Positions 1 through 11,238 of a stretch of DNA of 64,000 nt are shown in pieces. The DNA is taken from NCBI GenBank assembly GCA_013265495.1, contig MU058198.1, positions 1,314,419-1,378,418 on the forward strand, given 5' to 3'. This stretch comes from Vicugna vicugna. Lineage: Eukaryota. The translations under genes were made by a program, and so were the position numbers. How positions within the stretch are numbered: position 1 is the stretch's first letter; every line of letters starts with the position of its first letter. The notes under the pieces were generated by a model. The model searched no databases, was not told the origin of the DNA, and worked only from the letters and a program-made list of their open reading frames with translations.

Positions 1-230
1 GTTTTTTTTTAAATCTATTTTTATATATATAGTGGCTAACATCTGCAGATCTCAAACTCCCAAATTTATCCTTTCCCACCCCTTTCCCCCGGTAACCGTA
101 AGATTGTTTACTATGAATCTGTTTCTGTTTTATAGATGAGTGCATTAGTACCCTTTTTTATTTATTTTTTTTAGATTCCACATATGAGTAATATCATATG
201 GTATTTTCCTTTCTCTTTCTGGCTTACTTT
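1..230 (-). mobile_element. LINE-1 3' end fragment
   Basis: poly-T, then typical antisense L1 3'UTR 'ttagattccacatatgagtaatatcatatggtattt...tggcttactt'. Confidence 0.75.
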
Positions 231-589
231 TAAACAATAATGTAACAAACTTTCAAATTTACTTGGTTTCAGTCCCTCTTATTGAAGATGGGAGATAGTG
301 ACCGGTAAGAATGGTAAATTAAAAATTTACTATTTAGATTCACAAAACAAAACTTTCTCTCCATTTCTTCTCTGCCCACCCCCTCAACTTAGACTTTCTT
401 GCTTCTCCCCTAACAGTACCTGACACATGCTGTGTACAAAATTCATGCTCAATTTAGGAACACTGAAGGAATTAACAAATGAATAAGTGGGCTCTCCTAG
501 AGGGGAGATCAGAACTAAAGTGTTAATAATAGATTGATATTTTAAATTTTAACTGTAAAACTAAAATTTCTTCTCTTCTCACTTCCTAG

Positions 590-669
590 ACATTATTCAA
601 ATACCCCATTACCTACTTCCTTGCTGCACCCTCTGTGTTTCGAATGATTCTGCAGCAGAATCCCACCAG
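590..669 (+). CDS. ACSM1: ACSM1 coding exon ([26 protein letters not shown])
   Basis: ctag acceptor, AG|gtatgg donor; 80 bp, same size as paralogous ACSM4 exon 61029-61108. Confidence 0.9.
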
Positions 670-753
670 GTATGGTAGAAGTGGCTGTGGCTGATAACAA
701 CAATCTTTGAGTAGGACTTTAAGGAATCTGACTGTTTTTAACTCTGGTTCTTT

Positions 754-798
<45 letters not shown>

Positions 799-3700
799 AA
801 CAGGGAGGGTGGGTAAATGTTGGTGGTGATAATTAGCAGCCATTCTAATTATTTCATTAAGCAGGGCTCAAAGAACCAAATGAAACACTCAGTGAGCCTT
901 GTATCACTGTGGTTTTTTTCTTTTTGAAACATTTTTGTTGTGAGATAAACATACAGAAAAATAGATAAGATATACATTTACAGATTAATGAATAGCTGAA
1001 AATAAACACCTATGTAAACACTCACCCAAGTCAACAAAATAGAACACTGTCAATGCCCCAGAGTCCTCCTCATGCCTCTCCATCTCCCCTAAAGGATTTC
1101 ACTATCTTGACTTTTACGGTGTTCATTTCCTTACTTTTCCTCATAGTTTACCTCCTAAGGAAATATCCTTAAGCAAATTACTCCATTTTATTTGCTTTTG
1201 AACTTTATGTAATCATACATTATTCTATAATATCTGGTTTCTTTTTTTCAACATGTTTCTAAGATATGTCTGTGTTGTTACATAATGCTGGAGTTAATTT
1301 TGATTGCTGTATAATATTTCATTTTATGAAAATACCATATTTTTAATCAGTTCTATCATTAATGGACATTTGGGTAGCTCTCAGTTCACGGCTACTGAAA
1401 ATTAATGCTGCATCGAATTCTTGCACATGTACCTAGATGCACAAGCACACATTTCTGTAGAGCTTTTCTGGCAGAGGAATTTCTAGGTCACACTGACATT
1501 GTACCTTACCACTCTATTTTCCAAAGTATTAAACCAATTTAGGCTCCTGCGGCGAGCAGGGTAGGAGGATTCCCACTGTTCCACATCCTTAGCAATATTT
1601 GTTGTTGTCAGAGTTTTTAGTTTTTGCCAATCTGACAGATGCATAGTAACTTTTTTTTTTGCATTTCCCCATGTTTGTGGATTAATTTTTAATTAACCTC
1701 AAATCTGTTCTTTGAACTTTATGGTCATTTATCAGTCCTTTAGAGACTTTGCAATTGAAGTGACTACTTCAAAAACCAGAGATAACATGGTTTAGGCATA
1801 AGAGTTAAAATATCAAGGAGTTCAACAACTTATGAAGATTACTCAGAAATATACAGCTTGATTTATTCATGAGCCAGCAGTCTGGCTGGAGCATGTTTCC
1901 ATCTGCCTTTCAAAGCTCCTATTATAGCCACTTTCTGCAGCATTCTTGAGATGATGACCTTCATCCAAACCCAGTAAAAATCCAGCCAGGGCATAACTGT
2001 TGACTCCATCGGAAGACTCTGCCCACGTTTTGCACTTTGGATAAAGTTCAGGAAGAATGAGGAGTGTACCCTGCATGAAACTAGCCCTCCTGTCCATCTC
2101 TCCTGGCTCTGTATGTACCAGGAGAGCGTTGCAAGGGTGGAAAGGTAAACCAGATGTCTGCCACCTCCCTCAGCCCAAAGGGCTGGCCCAGCTCGGCTTT
2201 GTGCCAGCTGGTACTCAGACTTCAGTCACTTCTTCTCTTCCTATTTCTTTCAAGGAATCCATCATTATTTTGTGCTTGCTTTTGTATTATTTATGGGGAA
2301 ATGGATGAGAGAATTTACACCACATAGTGTACCTAGAAAACTACTGCAGATGCTCACTGCAGACTTTTCCGTTCTCTCCAAAATTCCTTCTCCCAAGGAT
2401 GTTACCTGTGATCTTTCTCTTTTCTTACACTTAGCCCAATTGTCTTTCATATCCTGAGCGATACGTTTCCAACCTCTAACTTGCGTTCTCTGCTCAGAAA
2501 CACAGAATTCCTTCAGTTCACATAACGCCACGCTCCGCAGAAGGCAGTGTAGGTCTGTTACCATCCTAGCACATCCTCGGGGTCTTGCCCCTCAGCCCTT
2601 ATGGTTTATAAAAGCATCTCTCTTGGCCACAGAGAATGCTTCCCTAAGATGAATTCTAAGCACATTTTTCCCCCTGTAGTTACATTGACATCCACATTTA
2701 ATCCTGATCTCCCTGGCTTAACCCATTAGCCTCACTACCACCACCTACCCCCACCGGAAGAGTTAACAGAGACTGGCAGGAAGTGAGTGACTTCCACGTG
2801 GACTTGACCATCTGTAAAATGCCTGGAAGGCAAATAAGAAATTGAAGAGGCAGAAGGATGAATGATCCAGATGATAATTGCTCTCAACACCCTAGGCCTG
2901 GGGCAGAGCATCCAAGCTTCACCTGAACTTCTGTTGACACACTGCCTTCGCCCTCAGCCTCAGGTTCCCCACCCTGGAGCACTGTTGCACTGGGGGAGAG
3001 GCCCTGCTGCCCGAGGAACAAGAACAGTGGAGAAAACAGACAGGGATTCTGCTCTACCAGGCCTACGGACAGTCAGAAACGGTAGGTGAGCGGTCCCTTC
3101 TGAGCCAGTCAGGATGTTCTTAGCATGAGGCCAGCAGACGATCTGAATCGTGCCATGAGTGTGTGCAGTGCCCACCCCGCCTCCCCGTGTCCATGGATAG
3201 CATTGCTCAAAGCCAATAAGAGGATCCAGAGCTCTAGGTGAATTTGTCCCAAATAAATTTGCCAAAAGACAATTCACAGCTCATCAACTTGTCAAGAAAC
3301 CAACATGCTAAGAACTATTGGACAAAACCTTAGAAAGGAGCCTAAGGACATGGTGCCACTGTACCTGCGATCATTCGTCTAAGGAAGCAAAGGAGGGGCA
3401 GTGGGATAGAAAGCACTCTCCAGTAACATGGAGGCCACCACCGCAAGTCCTGTAGACTTCACCACCCCTTCCTAGGAAGAAACCACAGGGGCAGGCAGGA
3501 GCGGGCCCCAGGAGCTCATTTGTTCATTTCTGGGTGTTTCTGAGGACAGCACACAGGTCTGACTGTGAGACACTAGGAGGAGCATGGACCTTCTGTATAC
3601 ACCACACCCCGCACCCCAGCACACACACAGTGTGATCAAAGAGGGTCACTGAGCAGTCAGGCGGGCAGGGTGTTCAGAGGATCATACATGTCTTCAGCCT

Positions 3701-6700
3701 CACGGACTTCATCCATGATCAAGTATCTCTCTTCCAACACATTCTCAATCCATTTCCGATGCTGGACAGAGTCACTTTCCTCCACCTCCCCATCATCCCT
3801 TCAGCTGACAGAGGGATGACTGCCATCTCAGGACCTGTGGCAAAATAGCTGTTTTAGTCTCAATTCACATACTTGTCTGACACTTTTTTGTCAAGTTTTT
3901 TTTTTTAAATAATCAATTAATCAGTTAATAGGTCTGCTTCCAGGCCTGAGAGATGCTACGACTCTCGGCCTGTCCTTGCTGGCTCACGCTTTGTATTTGG
4001 ATAAGAAGGAGGGTGAGGCGAGAACTACACACTCCACCCATGACCTCCACCCCTTTGCATCAGCTTTTTGTATCAACAGAATACTCCCTGACACCTGGAT
4101 GGTATTTTATTTCTCCAGGCGTTTTCAGACCTATCCACTCATGTGTGCATCATTTTCCACATCCCTACAGTGTGAGCAGTGACAGAGCAGAGGGGAAAGA
4201 GTTCAGACCCCAGTTCAGATCTCAGCCTTGCCAATTATAGGCCACACAGTGTACGCATATCCTTGGATCTTGCAGGGTCCAGCTCCCCCCATCTCCAAAA
4301 TGGAAAGATAGTGCCAATCTTGCTAGGTCGTCATAAGGTAAATGAAAGAAAGTGTACAAATCCCTGGCCACAGCCTTCAACCCCTCGTGCGTGCTTACAC
4401 TGCAGTTATGGTCGTCAGAGTTGTTTTTCGGTAGGTATTGTGTTAGATGCTGGGCGTACAGAGTGGATGGGGCAATCTCTAGTCTCTGAATACTCCTCAT
4501 CTACTGAGGGAAACAGGCAAGCGAAATGAAGTGGCCACAATAGAAGTGGAGGGGGTGGATACCACAGAAAGAGACTCTCCCAACTAACTCTTCTTGGAGC
4601 CAGAATGGTAGCTAGTAGTAGCTGTTTATTGAACACGTGATGTGTGCCTGGCATACACCTGCAGGCCCTCTAAGAGATAGACGTTGTAATGACCTCCCTT
4701 CGACAGAGGAGTAGATCAGGGAGGGTTGGTTGACACACAGCTAGTGAGTGGTAGAGTCAAGATTCAGACGTTGGCTCATCTGAGTATAAAGCACTTAACT
4801 TCAGGAGGAAGGCTATTTTGGAGAACTGTAAAGAAGGAATACGGTTCATCGAGAAGACAAAGGGGATGAGGCAGTGCAGAGGGAGCGATCTGAATACCCT
4901 CAACACATCTCTGAGAAGTAGCTGAGGCAGCTCCAAGAAAATGTTTGTTAAATGGGCTCATGACCTCCCCCTGGCAAATGGACACGTGTCTGACGTACAA
5001 GGAGCACTCCATACCCTGCATTACATGCCCACAGCCCGGGGCTCACCCTTCCGCTTCTTCTTGGCCTCTCCCACTGGACTCTGTAGCCCCAGCACGCAGC
5101 ACAGGTCCAGCCCCACGTCAAGTGCAGTGCACATCTGCTGAATAGGGTTGGGTTGATGCCTTCCCGTTTCCCCACAAGGGCTCTTTGCACAGCATCAAAT
5201 GACATCTGTGAGTGAGGATGCAGTGTTTGATTCTTGCTGCTTTGTGATCAACCTGGACTCTTGACCAACCCCAGTTCTCTTCTTTTGTGAACAGGGAGTA
5301 ACTTGTGGCATTTTCCGGGGGATGAAGATCAAGCCAGGTTCCATGGGGAAGGCCATCCCACCCTTCGACATTCAGGTCTGGTGGTAAAGGCACTGGCAGA
5401 GAGCAGGTAGTGCTCAGCTGGGGGTGGGCCGTTCTGTGACAGCACCGGGCGTGCCTCCCAGTTGTCCTTCCTCCTCTCCTCCTACTTACTTATGTGCCAC
5501 ATGAATAAGCCAGGCAATGTCTGTGTGGGGCAGCAGTGCTGGGGACCCCTGCAGGATGGGACTTACACGTCTCTTGCTCCAGATCATTGATGACAAGGGT
5601 AACATCCTGCCACCTGACACCGAAGGCAACCTTGGCATCAGGATCAAGCCCGTCAAGCCCTTGGGCCTCTTCATGTGCTATGAGGTGAGGACACACCATC
5701 TGCCTCCATCCAAGCCCCAGGGAGCCATGCAGGGAGCTGTGTAGGTGGTAAGGGGCTGGACTCAACTCGGCACAGTGAGACTTCTTCCATCTTCCTTTGT
5801 TCTCTCCAACTCAATGAAACGTTCTAATTAATCGCAAAGCTCATCCTGTGTTCCCACATCCCTTTCTGTCATAACCCTTCTGGTACATAGAGATTGACTG
5901 ATGGGGTAGAAAAAAGCCTGGCTTCAGAGCCTCTGGCTAGGAATCCATTGATTTCTTGCGGTTAAGGATGCTGGCTTTGACTGGAGTCAAATCATACCAT
6001 CCCACTTGCCAACAGGATGCAAACAAACCTATTAGTCTTGCTAAGCCTCCAGGGGACACTACCATCCTCACTGTAAAGAGGAAGAAATGGCAGACTGGAA
6101 GCTTTATGTTTCTGTCCCATGTCAAGTAAATGGCAGGTCTGTGGTTCAAAGTGATGTGTTTTGGGTTCCAAACCCTAAATGAGAAATCCAGGGATTACAG
6201 TCTCTGGATCTCGGAACATCTCTCGTGTGGAACTAACACCAGTGTTCCGGTCTGGAAGACAGGCGCTCGGGCCAGCAGCCTGGGTTTCAGCCTGGCTTTT
6301 ACCAGTTACCAGCTCTGTGACACTGAGCTGTTTTCTTACCCCTATGTGGATACAAAAGTAACATGAGAGATTCTGATATGACGGGACGGCTCTTTATCTT
6401 GGCTGTGGTAGTAGATACACAGACCCACACATGGGATAAAATTGACTAGAACTGAATACACTCACACACACATACACAAATGAGTACAAGTTAAAAAACA
6501 AAAAGAAAACCCGGGGAAATCTGAGTAAGACTGGTGGATGGTATCAATGTAAATCTCCTGGTTGTGATACTGAACATTGTTTTTGCAAGATGTTACCATT
6601 GAGAGAAACTGGATAAAAGGTGCTAAGGATCTCTCCGTGTTACTTCTTATAACTGCATGCAAATATATGATTATCTCAAGATTAAAAGTTTAATTGAAAG

Positions 6701-9700
6701 TACCAACTTTACAGGCTTTCTGTGAGGCTCCAATGAGGTAATATTTTGGGAAGAAAATTCATTCAGCAAACATTTATTGACACCTCCCACCTGTCCAGGC
6801 ACTGTATGAATGCTGAGCTTACAAAAGGAATAAAATAAATGGAGTTTATGCTCCAGTGGAAATTTTATTCTACTGGAGCACCACACGAAAGTCAGGTGTT
6901 ATTTTTAAAAATTGTCCTTAAAGTTGGCTTAATATTTAGTCCACTCATTGTCCAATAGCATGCCTTGAGTGCTTGCATGTAATGAAAACAGATTCAGAGA
7001 TCAAATTATAAAAATTGCCCAGGTGCCAGGCAGAGCCAGAAGCAGGATTTGAACCCACATCTGAATCCTACCTTATGTCTCTAAACTCACCGTTTCCAAC
7101 AAAAGGGGTGCTATTCTCTTTGCAGAATGACCCAGTGAAGACAGCGGAAGTGGAGTGTGGGGACTTTTACAACACTGGGGACAGAGCAACCATCGATGCA
7201 GAGGGCTACTTCTTTTTCCTGGGGAGGGCGGATGATGTCATCAACGCATCCGGGTAGGTGCGGCTGACCCGGTGCCGGGAGGTCCCATCCTCACCTGCCT
7301 ATTGGGGTCTGGCTTCCTCAAACACTCCTTCATGCGACGGTGATGGACTCTCAGCCTAAGGCTGAACAGAGCCACGTCCATGGGGCCCTGGCCTGAGGGT
7401 ACTGCGGTACCTTCCCCAAGCCCCATCACCAGAAGGATCAAGCAAACTAGAGTTCAAGAAGACCTGGAGGAGAGCCATAATAAGACATCATGCAATTTAA
7501 AGGGATTGGGAGGGAAGACTTGACTTTGGCTCCTGTTCATTGAGGGAGCTTATTCTGTATTTGTACTCCTTTAATGAAGCGCAATATGATGCAGAAAAAC
7601 ATACTAACAACAACAACAACAACAACAATAATAATAATAAAATGAACCTTTTTTGGAGTACTTACTATGTGACAGCCCTCTCTGTGGTGCTCTATACAAC
7701 CCACCTCTCAGTGCTAGAAGGTAGATGTGATTATGACCATTTTACGTAAGGAGACTGAGTCACTGACTAGTGGAAACAGTTGCCAGAAGTTTCAAAGATA
7801 GTACAGAGCACAGCCCAGATTTGAGCCCAGGCAGTCTGACTCCATCGCCGTTGTAACGAACCCTGACTTGGCTATTAACTAGACATAACAAGAATAACAA
7901 GTTCTTTTAGATATTTCAGAAAATTAGAGGGTTTTTTTTTTAAACTTTTAAAACAAATGCTGATGAAGTGAGGAATAGGATGCAGGATTTGTATGACTGT
8001 TTAAGATAAAGTTTGGGACTTCCAAGAGGTTTCGTGCCAGGGGAAGCTGCTTGATCCAAGCCCCCGAGCTCTGGGAGGATGATGCATTCACCCTGCTCCC
8101 CCACCTGGGCAGTGAGGTGAGAAGCCCCGGGAAGCACCTGAGCCTTGTATTTGGCAGCACGGAATTCCCATTTTAGTCCCACTACACAGCCCTTGCATGG
8201 GCCTCTGGCTCCCTGTGACAGTTACCCTCTGTGCCAAGGAAATATGTGGCTGTCCAAAAGATGAGGTTTGAGGGCCTGGGTCATCCTAGCCCTGGCATTT
8301 GCTCAGAAGGAACCACTGGTCTTGCAGGTACCGTATCGGGCCATCGGAAGTGGAGAATGCCCTGGCGGAGCACCCAGCGGTGGCTGAGTCCGCTGTGGTG
8401 AGAAGCCCGGACCCGATTCGAGGGGAGGTGAGGAGGAGGACGTGGAGGTCATCGCGCCTGGGTGTGGGACAGGGAAGGCAGATGCAGGGGAAACTTCCAG
8501 GCAACACCTAGGCAGCCTTGGATCTGGCGTGGTTGGTGTGCCTGTGCACTTACACAATGTGGTCAGCAGGAGGCGCTGTGGCCTCATCTGTGACTGAAAC
8601 ATGATGCTTCTGATCGCTGAGGCTGATGGCATCTAGTATTGAATGAACCCTTGCTATGTGCCAGCTCATTTAACCCTCACACAACATCATGAATTAAGGG
8701 CTGTTTTTATACCTTTTTAAGACAGGGAAACAGAGGCATAAAGAGGTTAAATAACTTGCCTGGATCACACAGCTTGTAAGTGTGGAGTCAGATGGGAGAT
8801 TGAGCGCTCAGGCTGCGGAGAGCATGTGTTCCTTGATTCAACAGGTGTTCATTGAACGCCTGCTCTGTACAAGCCCTGTGAAATTAAATGAGGACATAAA
8901 TAATATGAAAATAATCAATTACCAACATTTATTAAATGCCCACAGAACTCTGCCTACAGTAATAGTGAAAACAGAACCTGACCTAAAATAATAATAATGA
9001 TAACAATCATAGGGATAAAAATACATTTAAACTAACTTCCTGTTTTATATGTATTATCTCGTGGAATCTTGACATAAACCCGATGAGGAGTGAACTCGTC
9101 CTCTCCCCATTTCACAGAGAAGGATATTGAGATTAAGTGAGGTTAAGCAATTTTCCAAGGCAAAGTATGAAAATTAGAAGTATTGGGATTTGAACCTGAT
9201 CCTGTCCTTTTCCAAAGGCTCAACTCTCAATGTGTTCTTCCATTCATTTAATAAGCATTTTCTTTTTAAACTAGATAGTTGGTTGTCACTCACCCTGAGC
9301 CTCCACTCTGGTTTTGCACTGCAGGTAGTGAAGGCATTTATTGTCTTGACCCCGAAATTCCTGTCTCATGATCGAGACCAGCTCACCAAGGAGCTGCAGC
9401 AGCACGTGAAGTCAGTGACAGCCCCGTACAAGTACCCAAGGAAGGTGAGTGAGAGAAGATGGATGGGGTCCGGTCCCTGTGGGGTGATTCTGGAAGCTCT
9501 TCTGCCTCAAGTCTCAGAGGGTGGCTGGGGTGAAGCTTAAGTAGCTAAGAGAACTCGTATGTTTCTCTGTAGAAGAAGCTTAGGGGTGTAGGGGAGCCAG
9601 CTGAATCGGATGGAAACTCTATCCTGCGTCAGAAACTCATCCATTTCTGGCGTGTCAACCTAAAGAAAAAAATCAGACCACAGCCCAAAGATATCTAAGA

Positions 9701-11004
9701 AGGTTATTTACAATCTTTCAAAATTTGAAAAAGAAATCCAAATCAGCAACTTCCAAACTTTTAAAGAATATTATTCACAGTAAGAAATTACAAATATGGC
9801 AACCCGATACACATATACATACATAACAAAAATCAATAAAGTGATATTTATTGTAACAACATGCAGTGCAGTCTGATAGTTTTAATTCAACTACATTTGT
9901 TCTAAATGCAGTGTGCAACCTACAAAAATGTCCAACAATGGAGAAATGATTAAAGTACTCATGAAAGGTAATATTATTCTGTAATTTTAAATGATGAGCA
10001 GATTTTTGAACATAAAAATATCACAATAATATATTATTAAGATAAAAAGCAGGTTATGAAAGTATATACATAATATTATCATGTTTGTTTAAAAAAGGAA
10101 TTTAAAAGTTTGTACATACACAAAAAAGTTAGTATTTCCTTCTTTTGTAATAATACGTTACTGCATTTTCTGAATGTTTACAATCAATATGTAGTATAAA
10201 GCTACATAGCTAATATTTACTGAGCATTTACCAGGCTCTGCTTTACATGCATGATTATTTCATTTAATCCTCTCCACAACCTCAGATGTTATAATCATGC
10301 CAGTTTACAGAGAGGAAACTGAGGCTCAGAGACTCAAAGTAAATTGGCTAAGTCTAGAGTAAATAAAAGACAGAGCTGGAACTCAAACCTGTGTGTATCT
10401 GACAATAGAGTTCATGCTTCTAACATCAGGCTGGGATGCTTTATGGAGAGTAGTATAGAGGATGTGTACCAGTTAGGAAGGGCTAGATGTTATTGTGGGT
10501 AACAAACAGTCCTCAAATTGTAGTAGATTATAACAAGGAAGATGTCTTTCTTGCTCATGTCTTTGCTCCACATCCCCTCACCCTGGGACCAGGATAAAGA
10601 GGCAGCCAGCATGTAGATACCTACCTGAGTACGAGAAGAGATGGACAGAGAGGGTGGCCCATCTCAGTGATGCCCAACTTCTCTGTTAGAGGTGGCACAT
10701 GTCACTCCTACTGACATTCCATTGGTCAAAGTACATCAGAGGACTGCATCCAACTCCAGGGGGTCAGAGGAGAATCTGACATGCATAGTGGACCCCATGA
10801 AGGCCACCACATGGTGCCAGGCTGTCTGGGGGACTGTGCAGGGGCAAAGGAGGGGAGTTGAGGGTTGACAGGGAGTGACCGGGGGACTTAGAATGGGTTT
10901 GCTTTATCCTCAACCAGGTGGAGTTTGTCCCAGAGCTGCCTAAAACCATTACTGGCAAGATTAAAAGAAGTGAACTTCGGAAGAAGGAGTTTGGTCAGAT
11001 GTAA
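590..11004 (+). CDS. ACSM1: Acyl-CoA synthetase medium-chain family member 1, 3' part (8 coding exons; 5' exons lie outside the window)
   Basis: GT-AG exons 590-669, 2958-3081, 5295-5375, 5583-5684, 7126-7253, 8328-8427, 9325-9444 and 10918-11004 splice in frame to TLFKYPIT...YGQSETG...FYNTGDRA...[23 protein letters not shown]...[35 protein letters not shown]. This has the ANL/AMP-binding motifs and the ACSM1-type segments '[15 protein letters not shown]' and C-terminal 'GQM'. Confidence 0.93.
760..796. repeat. (TG)n microsatellite
   Basis: About 18 TG units. Confidence 0.97.
920..1672 (-). mobile_element. Old LINE-1 (L1M-type) 3' fragment
   Basis: Antisense L1 motifs 'aatggacatttgggt', 'ccacatccttagcaa', 'tttttgccaatctgac'; bounds approximate. 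Confidence 0.65.
2958..3081 (+). CDS. ACSM1: ACSM1 coding exon ([18 protein letters not shown]...YQAYGQSET)
   Basis: cag acceptor, gtaggt donor; 124 bp; GGE and YGQSE motifs. Confidence 0.93.
5295..5375 (+). CDS. ACSM1: ACSM1 coding exon ([27 protein letters not shown])
   Basis: acag acceptor, gtctgg donor; 81 bp; KPGSMGK motif. Confidence 0.93.
5583..5684 (+). CDS. ACSM1: ACSM1 coding exon ([34 protein letters not shown])
   Basis: cag acceptor, gtgagg donor; 102 bp. Confidence 0.93.
6360..6695 (+). mobile_element. L1M (L1MC/MD-like) 3' end
   Basis: 'gtatcaatgtaaatctcctggttgtgatactg...gttaccattgagagaaactgg...cttataactgcatg'. Confidence 0.65.
7126..7253 (+). CDS. ACSM1: ACSM1 coding exon ([21 protein letters not shown]...[11 protein letters not shown])
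   Basis: tgcag acceptor, gtaggt donor; 128 bp; TGD and GRxDD motifs. Confidence 0.94.
7606..7640. repeat. (AAC)n(AAT)n microsatellite
   Basis: Direct inspection. Confidence 0.9.
8328..8427 (+). CDS. ACSM1: ACSM1 coding exon ([33 protein letters not shown])
   Basis: tgcag acceptor, gtgagg donor; 100 bp. Confidence 0.94.
9325..9444 (+). CDS. ACSM1: ACSM1 coding exon ([40 protein letters not shown])
   Basis: gcag acceptor, gtgagt donor; 120 bp. Confidence 0.94.
10918..11004 (+). CDS. ACSM1: ACSM1 last coding exon ([28 protein letters not shown])
   Basis: ccag acceptor; PKTxTGK motif with catalytic Lys; TAA at 11002-11004. Confidence 0.94.
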   Translation: MEFVPELPKTITGKIKRSELRKKEFGQM

Positions 11005-11232
11005 TTGGCAATTAACCCAGAAGCCAATTGTGTGATTTTGGCCAAGTCCCTGGCTGCTTCAATTTCCCCACGATGGTGAGAGTGAGGAGAGAGCGTTGAC
11101 TTGTAAGAGAATCAGGAGTGCCAACCTTCAAGCATTCCTGTTCTTTTAAATTAATGTCAGTTACTACCCTTCGTCTAAGTCCCCTGTTCCTTTCAGATCA
11201 CCCAAGTGAGTGCTCACAATGTGGCTGGAGGT

Positions 11233-11238
11233 AATAAA
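11233..11238 (+). terminator. ACSM1 polyadenylation signal
   Basis: AATAAA about 230 nt after the stop codon. Confidence 0.65.

Noticed and set aside
8401..8403. Arg in ACSM1 'SAVVRSPDP', where Ser or Gly is usual, as a loss-of-function sign
   Set aside because: Single substitution outside the core catalytic motifs; all visible exons, splice sites and the catalytic Lys are intact.
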